A stretch of 64,000 bases of DNA, from the NCBI GenBank assembly GCA_003427395.1, contig BFEA01000011.1:5436951-5500950 (forward strand). Direction: 5' to 3'. The translations under genes and the position numbers were made by a program. This document shows, piece by piece, positions 11,124 through 23,746 of this stretch. The DNA is from Chara braunii (Eukaryota > Plantae > Charophyceae). Under the pieces are notes generated by a model. It was not told the DNA's origin, ran no database searches, and was given only the letters and a program-made list of their open reading frames with translations. Position 1 is the first letter of the stretch. Every line of letters begins with the position of its first letter.

Positions 11124-12666
11124 AGACATGATAACTATGTGAGTTATATGTTTCTCTCGGAAGTTGTAACGAGATTAAACTTGGGCTCAAACTTTTGAAT
11201 GAATGATTGCTCTCTAAGGTTTGTTTAGGCTATGTCAAAACAACTTCCGACAAGTTTATCTATTGTGATGTAAATATGAAGGTTGCTGTTTTTTTGCTTC
11301 GATTGGTGAAATTTGGTAATCATTCAAAGAGATAAAATTATTGGTCACCAGTGAGAAGATGCTTGGACCATTTTGAAAAAAAATCCTCTTAATTTTTGGC
11401 TTCTAACGGCGAAATATGTTATTATTCCAATTGATTAGTGAAAGGATGTTAAGTTTTTGGCTTCTTGAGGTAGATTCAATTTTGTTGTATTTATGTTGAG
11501 GTTTCTGGTGACAAATCTAGTTTTGTTGATGTTATGAAATTTTAGCTTATGGAGGTTGAATCCAATTTTTTTTGTGAAACGTTCCGGTTCTGTTTCGAAC
11601 AATTGTTTTGGATTGTTGTGTATTGTAATTGTTGTTTTCACATGGAAAGTCTGTTCATCTGAACCTAGGCACAATCACGCCTGCTTCCCTTTCCGTTTAT
11701 TTTCTCTTCCTTTTTTGTGTGAGGAGGTAACTCATCGTTGGGAAAGAAACGAGTATCTCTCTCCCCTTTATGTCATTTCACAGTGTCGAACTAGAGTCAA
11801 GCTCCACAGGGTCTTCTACCCCCTAGTGCGCTTGAATCTGGTTCGGTCCAGGTGCCATGTTCAAGCACCCGTTCAAATAGTTGCAAGTCGTTCATAATGA
11901 ATGGGCGCAACTACAATAAAGCGCAACAGAGAAGGGGGGGGGGGGGCATAAAATGTGGTGGTGCATATTTTCATGCTTTAACAATAGATTCATTTGATTT
12001 TGCTCATCCTATCGATGAAAGTCGCGTTAAGCCAATTGCGAGGTTTGAAGACGTACATGTTGGTAAACACATTGCTCATCTATTGGTAAGAGTAGAGGGA
12101 AGCCAGCCGCCAGATTTGTGACTTCCCGTTCTCTCTCTCTCCCTCCCTCTCTCTCACACACACACATACACACGTATAGTAGTGTATAGTTCCATATTAT
12201 AGCAATAGATTCGTCTGACTTTGCACATTCTCCAGCCCATTCTTTGAAACGAACGGGCACTTTAGAGACATCTAAAAAAAAAAAAAGTAAAAATCTAAAA
12301 GAAAATCATAGATAAAAAAAAAACTAAGAAGAAAAAAATATATGATAGTCTAAAAAAAAAATTCTAAACAAAATTTAAGGGAAAAAAAAAAAAAAAACTT
12401 ACCTTGGATTCAGAACGGTTGCCTGTTTAAAACGGACACTGTTTGGAAGAATTAGGGGCTACATGCCCCAGCCAGTTCCGATTCTAAACAGTATAGCTTT
12501 AACATCCCCACGTACACATGCCTCTGCGACACTGCTATAAACTGTTGACTGTCGCTATTACGTTCAGATGCCACAAACATCTGGACTAATGGTTCAAAAA
12601 GTTTTAGTCTCTCAGTCATAGGTCGGGGTTGAATCAATTTCCGACATATAACCAATATCATCAAGT

Positions 12667-13320
12667 TGTAACGCCCGGATAATCTTTTACCAAGCCGGAT
12701 ATTGTTCGACATTTAAAATACGAGGCAGATACCCTCGTCAAAGTTTTTGTCCCGACACCGTATCGGACCTGGGTAAATTATAACTTTAGTATCTCGCTTA
12801 TCTACCTTTATGAGAGTTCGAATTCGGATCTGTGTTTCAACAGTTCGTGGGTGTACCAATTGAGCTAGTAATGTCGGTTTTATGCCCAGTCTCGGAGCCA
12901 GCATTAGGACCGAGTCCCACGACGGGGCAAAAATAATATAAAGATGAGGATTTAAAATGAAAATAGAAGCAATGAAGAAACCGGAGAAGGGCGAGGAGAA
13001 GAGACCGTCGGGGTCCCCTTTGTCCTACCAACCAGACCTCCGGTCGGGGTCAACAAAAAAAACAAGGAGGATAGCCCCGCTATACCCTCAACCCCTCGGT
13101 TCCCTTCAAGCTGCTCCATTGCTCTTTTGCCGCCAGTCGCTGACCTTGATCATTGAATTTGCTGCAAAGAAACATGACACCATACCTAATAGTGCTATGC
13201 CCAAGGCTGATATTAGCACTAATGGAATCTCATGTAAACGGGTCTCGCTTGCCGCATGGTCTTACTTAAACGCCCCAAGGCTACGCTTTGGCCTATCGGT
13301 CGAGCATCCGACCGCCAAAG
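12667..13320 (-). mobile_element. LTR-like repeat homologous to the U6-bearing units, carrying a tRNA-Asn-like cassette (12814-12868)
   Basis: Minus strand shares, in order, TGCTAAT..CTTGGGCATAGCACTATTAGG, GATCAAGGTCAGCGA and CCGAGGGGTTGAGGG..GGGGCTATCC with 59310-59475 and 62820-62970. It ends ...GGGCGTTACA. The 5' limit is uncertain. Confidence 0.6.
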
Positions 13321-14642
13321 TTGCCACCTTTACCGCGCAAGCATCAAATTTTACCTATGACCCACTCCTACACATTGTCAAACTAAAGCTGAGTTTTCAT
13401 CATAATTTTTAAATCAAAATTAAAACCTATTAATCATGGAATTTGACAATCAGAACGCGATAAAATCGCCCATGCGTTCACACACTATCTAATCTCATCT
13501 TGCGCGCACTTGTTGCCCGACTACATGGAATCGGTTGTGGGCCACACAATACTTAACGTAAATATCTACCTTATGTACCATTTCACGTGCAACTTGTGCG
13601 ATGTGTAGAAATATGTGCGAATACCCTTCTAATGGTATTCATGCCGACAACGCTTGAAGCTTCTAGAGTGCCTAGCTGCAAGACGTTATTTTTCAAGGGT
13701 GGTTGCTGAGACCCCTTCACGAACTCTTTTTTTTTTAGAGTCAGTCTGTAGTTTCGGTCGACAAAACAAAGTTTTTTTTTGGGGGGGGGGAAGGACAAAC
13801 CAGATTGGTGTTGTCGGGTAATGCTACCGGGTGTTCAAGAGTGGGGCCATCTATAGTAAGTGCAACGACGACGGCGCTATCTAGCATTTCAAGAGTCTGA
13901 CAACTCTTGAAGGATGCTCGAACTTTTCTAAGTTCCAAGCGTAGTGCAGCGATGCCCATACTCCAGATGGTTTGTAGAGTAGATTCTGACTACTTTAGGT
14001 TTCAATTTCGGGGGTCATGTTCTAGAGTTAGGGTATCGCTCCACTAGACTCTCAAAGATTTTTGAGAGTGAGTCTAGAGCTGTCAGACTCTAGAAACGAC
14101 TGAAAAAGAGACAATCGCTCCACTTACTCTAGAAGGTCGAATTCGAGAAGGCCTCTCGGATGTCAGATCGCTCTTTGCGAGAGCTACAGGATACGGCCAG
14201 CACGCATTGTCCGCCCAGACTCCAGGTGCACTCTAAAAAAAGTGCTCAACTTTCACAGGTCCTAGATGCCTCCCTTGAAATTCCCGCTGCTGCAGGCGGG
14301 CGCTCTTGAACCGTCAAGAGTGTCACGGGAGAGGAGGTTTTGACAACTCAATAAAAGCGTTCTCGTGAGTGCATTTCATGAGGTAGTGGAGCCACAATGG
14401 ATTCTCGCCATTTTTGTGAGTGCTGACTGACAGGTCAAGAACCCGAATTCCAGATCTGACGTCTAGAGTAAGTGGAGCGGTCTCAAGAAATGGCTGGTTT
14501 CTGGAGTAGTGGAGTGAGACCCTTAGTAGAGCGATGCCGCACTCTACACTTTTATAGAGCCAAGAGTAGTGGAGCAAGACCCATTGTGGAAACTGTGAGT
14601 GGGCCTCTGGCCTCATACACCCCCGCGCCTTTTTTTGTTTTT

Positions 14643-15014
14643 GTATAATTTGCAAAATATCCCCATAAGTTGAGATATATGCCAAAATGGCCCTAAAAGC
14701 CCCTCTGACAATAGAAATATTTTTTGAAATACCCCTAGCATCTGTTGGACCCCATCCTTGCAATTTACCCCTACCGGGTACCGTCCAACTTTGCAAAATG
14801 CCCCAGTACTTGCCAACTTTTCCTATGCGCTATTGCAGAAGGCCAAGCCCCAAACGGGGAGGTCCAGATTGCAAAGTTGCACACTTGCCTGACTGGGGCA
14901 CAACACAAAGATTTCGGCCCTACCGTAGTGGTCCTCTCCTTTCCGCTCTACCCACATCTTTCAGGGGCATTTTGGCGTATATCTCAACTTATGGGGGTAT
15001 TTTCCAAATTATAC
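14643..15014. mobile_element. MITE with ~55-bp TIRs
   Basis: TAATTTGCAAAATATCCCCATAAGTTGAGATATATGCCAAAATGGCCCTAAAAG is inverted at 14958-15012. Confidence 0.7.
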
Positions 15015-15076
15015 CTTTTGTTTTATTTTATTATTTTGCTATATTCTTCTCTCATCTATCTCATCTTCTTGCTACC

Positions 15077-18000
15077 TGCAGACAAGCAGCGAACGGGGAA
15101 GGGGCTTCTTCAGACTGAACTCCCAGATCTTGGAGGACCTTGGTCTTCGTGATTGGGTAGGACAACACATGAGGGATTGGGTGGGAGCCAAGCATCTGTT
15201 TCGGACGGTAGAAGATTGGACTGATGGCGGCATTGGCATAATCTCAGGGGTACTTGATGTATGCTCCAGGATTATGGCAAAGACTAGGAACCAAAAGGAA
15301 ACAGTGTGCAAGTGGAGGGTAGAGGAAGCGGAGGTGAGAATGGAGGAACACCCAATCTCGGCCTTGACGTGGGCTGCTGAGAGAGAGAGGAGGTTAGCAG
15401 AATGGGAAGACTTACAAATAGCGAAAGAAAGACGGTGGATTGATCTGTTGAAAGCAAAGGGTATAGAGACAAGTGACAAGATGAACAAGGAAACGTTTCA
15501 GAAGCTCTTACCTCGACACTCGTCGCAGCAGATGGTCGAATTGAAGCACCCATTCAACGAAACAGCGCCAAATGCATCCACAACATCCGGAATGTTGGAG
15601 CACGCCAAGATGTACTACGAAGACATTCTCACCACGCGCAAACCGCAAGATAGAATGGATACAGACCTCACATCAGTGTCAGACTTCTGGGAGGACACCC
15701 AAGTGAGAGTACCATCAACAACAAAATTGGATTTGGACAGGCCGCTCACCCTTGAAGAAACCACCCAAACACTGAAGGTCATGGCGAGGGGTAAATTTCC
15801 ATGATTGGACGGACTGACGGTGGAGTTCTATGCGAAATGTTGGGAAGAGATGGGTCCCCCACTGGTGGAACTGTACAACGGGGTGCTGACAGGAGGAAGG
15901 TTGGTAAGAGGATGACTCACGGCGTGATCTCGGTCCTATTCAAGAAGGGAGACAAAGCAGAAGTACGCAACTGGCGCCCGATCTCCCTGTTGAACGTGTC
16001 ATACAAAATTCTAGCCAAGACTTTGGCCAGAAGGCTGGGACGTTATCTACCTGAGCTGGTGGAAAAAGATCAAGGTGCTTTCGTTCAGGGCCGGTCCATC
16101 TTCAACAACATCGCCACGATCATCAAGGTCCTTGAGGTAATACAAGCGGAGAACCTTGACACAACAGTTCTTCTTCTTGACTTGGAGAAGGCGTATGACA
16201 AGGTTGGCTGGACGTTCGTCATGACCACTCTCAGACATATGGGGTTCGGGGTAGGCTTTTGCAAGTGGGTGGTAGCACTCTACACCTTTTCCACCGCAGT
16301 GGTTATGGTCAATGGTCATCTCTTACAACCTTTTAGCCTCACAAGATCACTGCTTCAGGGTTGCCCCCTGACCCCCCTTCTCTTCGTGCTTCAGATGGAA
16401 GTCCTGCTAAACCGCATCAGGAAACATCGATTAATAAAGGGCATCCGTTTGAATGACATGGCGGAGTGTAAAATTAAGGCGCTGGCGGACGACTTATTGG
16501 CAGTATGTGAGAACACTGTGCCGACGATGTCTTCCTTGAAAAGGGTTATGCAGGAATACTCCACCTTATCCGAGGCCTCGGTTAATTGGTCTAAGTCCTC
16601 TTGTCTGCTGCCAACCCAGTTCAGGTTATGTGTAGAATGGGGAATGAGGAGAATAGAGAAAGGGGAAGAGGAAAGGTTTTTAGGAGTATTGATTAGCCTC
16701 CAAGTGAGCAGCTCCTCACAAGGCTTGCTCCTCCAGAGCCGTATCACAGCCAGACTGAACCTGTGGGGGACCGCATGACACTTATCTCTGATAGGGAGAG
16801 CACTAGTGGCAAATGTAGCTCTCTTCTTGATCCTCTAGTTCGTCTGCACTGTAAAAGAGATTGCAGCAAGCATCCTCAATGCCGTGCACAGATTGGTGGC
16901 CCGGTTCCTCTTGAAGCCGCACTCAAAGAAGGAGGAAGGTTTTATAACGAAGGTGGCGTGGGATCTGCTCACTTTCCCCCGCACACAAGGAGGCTTGGGT
17001 CTTTGGGACCCGGCACAGAAGAACCAAGCTCAACTGAGATCCTGGGTGAGCAAAGTCGTTGTTGCAGACACCAAAGAAGATTGGGTCCTCCTAGCAGAAA
17101 GACTGCTAATGAGGGAGTGGGGTTTCAGCAGATCGGAGGACGTCTGGGCTGGCTTTTTCATGGACTCTTTCAGAAGGAAACGTACGAGGTCACTCTTCTG
17201 GAAAGCGATTTTGAAGGCGTGGAGGAACCTTCCGCCCGATAACCCTACACCCCCGTGAACCAAAGAAGAAGTGTTGGCTCAACACCTCTTCGAGAACCCC
17301 CGAATACGTACGCAAGAGGGTTCTGCTTTTCTTGCAGATGGGTCTGCAGGGTCTTTCGGACTCGCATGGATGCGGAGAGGGGTTACTAGAATCCGGGACA
17401 TTTGGTCCCCCCTGCTGGGAGGCTGGGAACCGTGTGCAGAGATCAGGTCCCGATTAAACGGGCTCAGACGTGTAGAGGAAAACTGGAACCTGCTGAGAGA
17501 AGCCATTCCCCAAGACTGGTGTGATATTCTGGGCTCGGAGAACGTGGATCCAACAGGCACCTGGTTCGCCACAGATGGACAAGAGGAGGATAACGTAGTA
17601 TGGAAGTTGATAGAGGTCCTGCCAAGCGGTTTCAGAAGAGTGGAAAGATGGAAATGTGAGGGACAGGGGGGCAGGTTGAGGCTGGTGGGTAGCGACACAT
17701 TCCGAAGGTGGAGCAACCCGCCTCAAATTCGGGTGGTGGAAAGACTGGAAACCTGGAGCCCTCTGACGTCCTTCATCTGGATAGGCAAGACCACACTTAG
17801 AAAACTACGGATCGACCCAACTGCTTGGAGTTGGAACAGACCGAGTTCAGCTGCCCCCTAGCAGTCTCAACTGTCCTTGTTAGACTACAGCTCAAGAGAG
17901 GGGTATAACCTCGCCCACAAAGCAGTGAGAACACCGGCCGCGGTGGCCGTCTCCAGGTGGACAACGGTGCTGGGCACAAATCTTCCGCTGACAGAAGAGA

Positions 18001-19140
18001 ATTTTGACAATATGTGGAAAAATCTGAAAGACCTGCCAAATGGCAAACAAGTGAGTATTCTCTGGCTGTTGTCCTTATTTGTCACACCATCAGCTGTGTG
18101 GCTGTTAAGTCGGGGAATGAAAGTAGAATTGGGTTGCTGCAGATGCCGCTGGCCTTTTGAGTCCACAAGGCATCTATGGTGGGAATGTCCAGCGTCAAAG
18201 CGAGTCTGGAGGTGGTGGAAAATGCACTGGGAAGAAATGGGTGAGAAGATGATAAGGTGGGATGAGAGTTGGATATTGTTGGGCTTCCTTCCCACAGGGA
18301 TGAAGGGCTGGTCTGGGTGGGGTTATGTTGCACACGTGACAAGAGGCATAATTTGTGAAGTCATATGGGCTGACAGAAACAGGGCGAGATTTGAAAAACG
18401 CCCACTGTCGGATACGGAGATTAAAAGGAAAATCAAGGGGGGCATCAAGACTGCCATCAGAGTGGACTGGAGGAGGAGGAACAAGTCAGGAAAAAGCAGC
18501 AGGAAGCAGAGGATCTGGTTCCAACGCACCTGACACCTGGGCTCGCCACGACGGACTGGCAACAATACACCCGACCAAGGGGTTGGTGATATCAGATTGG
18601 TTAATGGCACAGTGAGACTTTAGTCAGGCCGGTAGGAACACTTAGCAGACTAATGAACCAGGATACTCGGTTCAATAGGGCCGCGGTGGGCCATTAGTAG
18701 AGTATCTGTAGGACCAGGACGCTGTCCTCTGGGCCGGCTTAGTCCCAGAAGTAGTACTTAGGTAGGAACAGGCATGTTGAAGTTTTAAAAATGAGGTCGG
18801 TCGAGCAGCAGGGCGATGCTAGGTGAGGGTCAGGCCGTACCGGCCTCACATGAAGAACGGACTAGGAAGTATTTGTGAGGCCTACAGAGTGTACTATGAA
18901 GAAGCAGATGTGATGCAGCATAGCCACTTCTACCGTTTGGTTCTGGACTAGGAAGTATTTGACAATGTAGTTGAATCTGGGACTTGGTAGCTGCGAGTTC
19001 CGCAGGCTGGAGCCTGTGAGCTAAGCTGGCTGATGCTGTCAGTACCCCGGGTTGAATTGTGAGGACCCCGGCCTCGAACTATAATTTGGTATAATGATTT
19101 GCAAGAAAAAAAAAAAATAAAAAAAAATAAAAATAAAAAA
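15077..19140 (+). mobile_element. 5'-truncated L1/Tx1-clade LINE, disrupted ORF2
   Basis: RT motifs NWRPISLLN, LDLEKAYD, QGCPLTP and LADD; C-terminal CCRC..H..C zinc finger; poly(A) tail 19104-19140; 15-bp TSD CATCTTCTTGCTACC (15062-15076) / CATCGTCTTGCTACC (19141-19155). Confidence 0.92.
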
Positions 19141-19385
19141 CATCGTCTTGCTACCGTAGTGGCCCTCACCCGCTACACACTTACGGGCGGCACTTACGGG
19201 CTGTTTGGCCCGGCGGCGAGTCGATTAGGAGTTCGGGCCTCGCCACACCACTGTCAATACGAAAGCAGTCGAGTGCACTTTCCTGCAGAGGAGAGAGGGA
19301 AGATGCATCCCCTACTGTGAATGGCAACGACTTTCGGCGCAAGATGCAGTCGTACTTGGTTTCGACAGTGGTGTCGCGGGGTCCT

Positions 19386-19460
19386 TTCTCTCGGTTTTGT
19401 CCTTCGGATTCCTGTCTCTCGGTTTTGTCCTTCGCATTCCTGTCTCTCGGTTTGTCCTTC
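19386..19460. repeat. Short ~28-bp tandem repeat x3 upstream of iPGAM
   Basis: TCTCTCGGTTTTGTCCTTCG repeated. Confidence 0.8.
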
Positions 19461-19824
19461 TCAACCCCCCGCCCCCGTCCGCGGCCTCTCGTGCCGGTCG
19501 TCCCTAAGAGCTGGTATAATTATTTGCTCCATGGCCAAACGTGTCGTAGGTGCGAACGTAGACGGCGCCCGACTATGCCAGCGTGGCTGATCCGCAAGCA
19601 GCGCTGCGTAGCGGCTATGGTGGTACGGAATCGCCGTGATCACCATAGTTGCACGCCGATGCTTGTTGATTCCGTCCTTGCTGTCTGACCAGCCTCGCTC
19701 ATCGTGATTTCTCCTTCTCCACACGTCTCACGTACATCTCCTGTGGATTCCACGGAGAGTGGGTGTGTTACACGAAGTTGCCTCCGACTTTTAGCAGGAG
19801 AAGTTCCGAAAGTGAAGAGACGAG

Positions 19825-20111
19825 ATGGGATCGGAATGTGAATTTGCGCTTAAGTCGCATTCGGCGATTGAGAGAGGAAAGCCGTTCCTGCTCATCATCA
19901 TGGACGGCTGGGGAGAGAATTTGGAGGATGACTACAATGGCGTATACATGGCGGGAACAGGCTTCCTGAAATCGTTAAAGGCGGGGTATCCCGATCGCTG
20001 GAGGACCATCAAGGCGCACGGGACTGCTGTCGGTCTTCCCAGCGACGCCGACATGGGGAACAGCGAAGTCGGGCACAATGCAATGGGTGCTGGCAAGGTC
20101 ATCAACCAAGG
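19825..20111 (+). CDS. iPGAM: 2,3-bisphosphoglycerate-independent phosphoglycerate mutase, exon 1
   Basis: ATG 19825; IIMDGWG and [14 protein letters not shown] (catalytic Ser); donor GG|GTAAGT. Confidence 0.95.
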
Positions 20112-21098
20112 GTAAGTGTCATGAGGTTCTCCTTTTGATCTGACAGCCTTGTCCTATATTAGTGTCTTACGGTGAGCGGCGAGACGTTATCCTGGACATC
20201 CATGGCGCTCTGCTTCGCGTTGTTCCTTGCTTCTTCCTTGCTTCTTCCTTGCTTCTTCCTTGCTTCTTTCTTATCCACTACTGACTGGTGGTTCTCTCTA
20301 CCCAATGCATTCTCGTGCCGCCTAATCCCGTGGGCATCTCTATATGCGATTTTCTTCTCCCTGGGCCGTTTAGTCGTTATCTGATTTTTGGGTGTCTCTC
20401 CATCGATCGCGAAAACGATCAACCCCTTCTCCGTCGTTTTCCGGGTCTTGCGCTTGCTCTTATTACTTTTTTTCCGTTTTTCCTCTTTGGTCGTTTCTTT
20501 ATCACCCCTTTTCCGTCTCCTCCCCACATTTTCATTTTCTCTTCCCTCCCTTTCTCCGCCGTTTATGTGGTCATGACGATCCAGAAGAGTGTGGGTCTCC
20601 CTGCTGGTGTTCTCCTTGGGGGTAATCCGCTGACGCTTCCGCTAGTGAAGTCTATACGCGGGTGGTCTTTTGGTACGGTTCTTGAGCTTTTTCACTGCTT
20701 GCACGAGGGGATCACGGCATTTAGAAAAGTGTCCAATGCAGTGGGCAAGTGTTCAATCCGGCCTTGGATCCGTCCGTGATGCTGCATGGAGTCGAACTGG
20801 AGATCTGGAATGGCAGCCAGATGTCACAGCCACCAGGTCGGAACAGAATAGCCGGGGAATGGTGTAGGCTACAAGCGCCTGAGCCATACTGAAGCAGCAG
20901 CCTCGAGAACCGCTCACATTCCCACCCCAATCAAGGGTGCAGAGTTCAAATCGGCAGCTTCGCCGCAATGTTCGGAAGTAGAGGCACGAGTGGCCTTGTC
21001 TGCGGTGTATAGAGCGGAGAGGCTTGCATCGACCCGTCCTCGTGGGATTGATTGATTGATTGATTGCTTGATTGCTTGATTGCTTGAATGATTGGCAG

Positions 21099-21456
21099 GG
21101 CTGCGCTTGTGGACACCGCTCTGGCTAATGGTAACATCTTTACGGATGCCGGTTTCGAGTATATCAAGGAGGCCTTCGACAACGGGGGCACGCTCCATCT
21201 GATCGGGTTGCTGAGCGACGGTGGGGTTCACTCCCGCTACGATCAGTTGGATCTTTTCATGAGAGGCGCACACGAGAGGGGTGCGAACAAGATTCGTGTG
21301 CATCCTCTCACGGACGGTCGCGACGTACCCGACGGCTCGTCTGTGCAATTCGTCGAGCAGCTTGAGAAGGATCTCGCGGATTTGCGCGCCAAGGGATGTG
21401 ATGCAAGGATAGCCTCCGGCGGTGGCCGCATGCATGTAACCATGGACAGATACGAG
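21099..21456 (+). CDS. iPGAM: iPGAM exon 2
   Basis: CAG|; LHLIGLLSDGGVHSR, LTDGRD and SGGGRMHVTMDRYE; |GTATGC. Confidence 0.95.
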
Positions 21457-21843
21457 GTATGCATGCCACTCTCGATTCGCCCCTCAAAGCCCCTCGTCAC
21501 CCCCAACCCCATGCGCTCTCTTTTTTGGTTCCCTCCACGTCGCTCCTGTTTATTTTACCCCTCGGGACTACCTTGTGGTTTTGAAGGTGGTCGTATACGA
21601 GGCATGGTATGATCACGCGCGCGCTCTCCTTTCCCTCTCCACGTGGCTCCCCTCGCGTCTCCCCACGCGCCCTCTCTCCTTCCTCTCTCCACGTGGCTCT
21701 CATTTCATTTCTCTTGTGGACCCCCTTCAGTTTGTTTGCGGTTGTTGGGGATAGTAAAGGTGGTGGGTGTGATTCCTTGTCCGTGGATAGTGTGGTGCCC
21801 CGTTGATGCCAATAATCTCTCTCCCCTTTACGTGCGTGGGCAG

Positions 21844-22271
21844 GCGGATTGGAAGATTGTCGAGCGTGGCTGGCACGCGCACGTGCTGGGCGAAGCTCCT
21901 CACAAGTTCCAGAGCGCTTTGGAAGCCCTCGTGGAGTTGAAGAAGGCGGATCCTAAGGTCAATGACCAGTACTACCCTCCTTGGGTGATCGTGGACGAGG
22001 ACGGCGAGGCTGTGGGTCCTGTGCAGGATGGAGATGCCGTTGTCATTTTCAACTTCCGCGCCGATCGAGTGGTGGAGTTAAGTAAAGCGTTCGAGTATCC
22101 TGACTTCGACAAATTCGACCGGGTCAGGTACCCTAAAGTCCACTTCGTCGGCATGATGCAATACGACGGCGATCTTAAGCTGCCGGCGAGGTACCTCGTA
22201 ACCCCTCCAGTCATTGAAAAGACATCAGGAGTATACCTTGTCAAGAACGGTGTCAGGACTTTCGCCTGCAG
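21844..22271 (+). CDS. iPGAM: iPGAM exon 3
   Basis: CAG|ADW..RGW; FNFRADR; MMQYDGD; ends FAC AG|GTGAG. Confidence 0.95.
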
Positions 22272-23460
22272 GTGAGGGAGAGCTGTCGAACTATTGTTTT
22301 GCCTTTTTGCCGCCTACGTGCCTGTCGATTCCTGTCGCTGAACCTCCTGAGTACCTGTCCCTAATCGTTCGTTGGCTTCTATTTTCATACTGTGTTCTTT
22401 ATTTTGCTATCATGGATGGTGTTGCGGCTGCTTGCTTAGGCTACGAGGGGCGAGTTCTCCATTGTGAGCGGCAACCATGGATGGTTTAGTATGTAAGCAG
22501 CCTTCTCGCAACCATGGTAAGCGAGAAGGGCGCATGCGCATGTTTCTGAGTGGCGTGTTGCCAGACGACGGATGGAGGTGGGAAAGGTGGGTGTTTGCTC
22601 GGTGCGAGCCAAATGAAAGCAGGCCGAATGGAGGTGGAAAAGGTGGAAAAGGTGGGGGTGTTATTGCCCAAGCTTGTTGCTAAATGAAAGCAGGCCGAAT
22701 GAGAGAGAAAAGCTTGTTGCTAAATGAAAGCAGGCCGAATGAGAGAGGTCGAACATGGTGGCAGTAGTGTTCTGATAAGTAGAAGCTGCTTGTGGCATGG
22801 AGGGCAGTAATCCTCATGTACGCGGACAGGTATTGGCATGGCAAGCTCCGCGGCCGTATGGAAGTTAAGCTGTCCCGATGGAACGATCCTATTGCCGTAT
22901 GTAGGTTTGGATTCAGCGTAAGTTCGCTGCCCTTGAGAGTATATCATTTGCGTCCTTGCAAATCTCGCACCCATTTTGGTGGTCGATGGATGTATAGATG
23001 TTGGTTCTCGATGCCCTGTTTGGGAATATTGCTCCGAGTCTACCCTTCGATCTTTCTAGACATTGGAACGCAATGACGATTCGATTGACTGCAGGTGAAC
23101 TTTCGCGGATTTAGTCATGGATGGATGGATGAGATATGACGAGATATGATGAGATCTATCGTTGTACGGCAAGCAGTCTCTGTTGCGTACTGTTGTGGAG
23201 GTGTGAAGGACCCCACTGGAAGTGCAGCGTCAAAGTTTCGATTTTGCGAGTTTTTCTGATCGGTAGTGAAAGTGTTTGTTTTTCCTTATCTTTTTCCCTT
23301 TGTAGTAGAAACGCTTGCACTGTTCATGGATGATACATTTTCGACCTTTGCCCGCTTGGTCCTCTGTATCTATTGACCTGTGTTCTTTTTTGCAATACGT
23401 GTGTGCTTGGTCGTTTGTGCGCCTGCGGGGCGATGCTCCCTGGGGGTTGTGCGGTTGCAG

Positions 23461-23746
23461 TGAGACGCAGAAGTTTGGCCACGTGACGTTTTTCTGGAAC
23501 GGTAATCGATCCGGAAAGCTTGACGATAAGCTCGAAACGTATTTCGAGGTCCCAAGCGACCTGTGCCCATTCAACGAGAAGCCGCTGATGAAAGCCAGGG
23601 AGATTCGGGATGCGGCCAAAGCAGCTATACTGTCGGGGAAGCACGATTACATTCGTATCAACTTCGCCAATGGGGATATGGTGGGCCACACGGGTGTCTT
23701 CGATGCCGTACTCGACGCTTGCTCGGTTGTCGACGAGTGTGTAAAG
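23461..23746 (+). CDS. iPGAM: iPGAM exon 4
   Basis: SETQKFGHVTFFWNGNR and NFANGDMVGHTG; AAG|GTTCGT. Confidence 0.95.

Noticed and set aside
12454-12490. Antisense U6 remnant (AGGGGCTACATGC...GTTCCGATTCTA)
   Set aside because: Too short and gapped to distinguish from chance.
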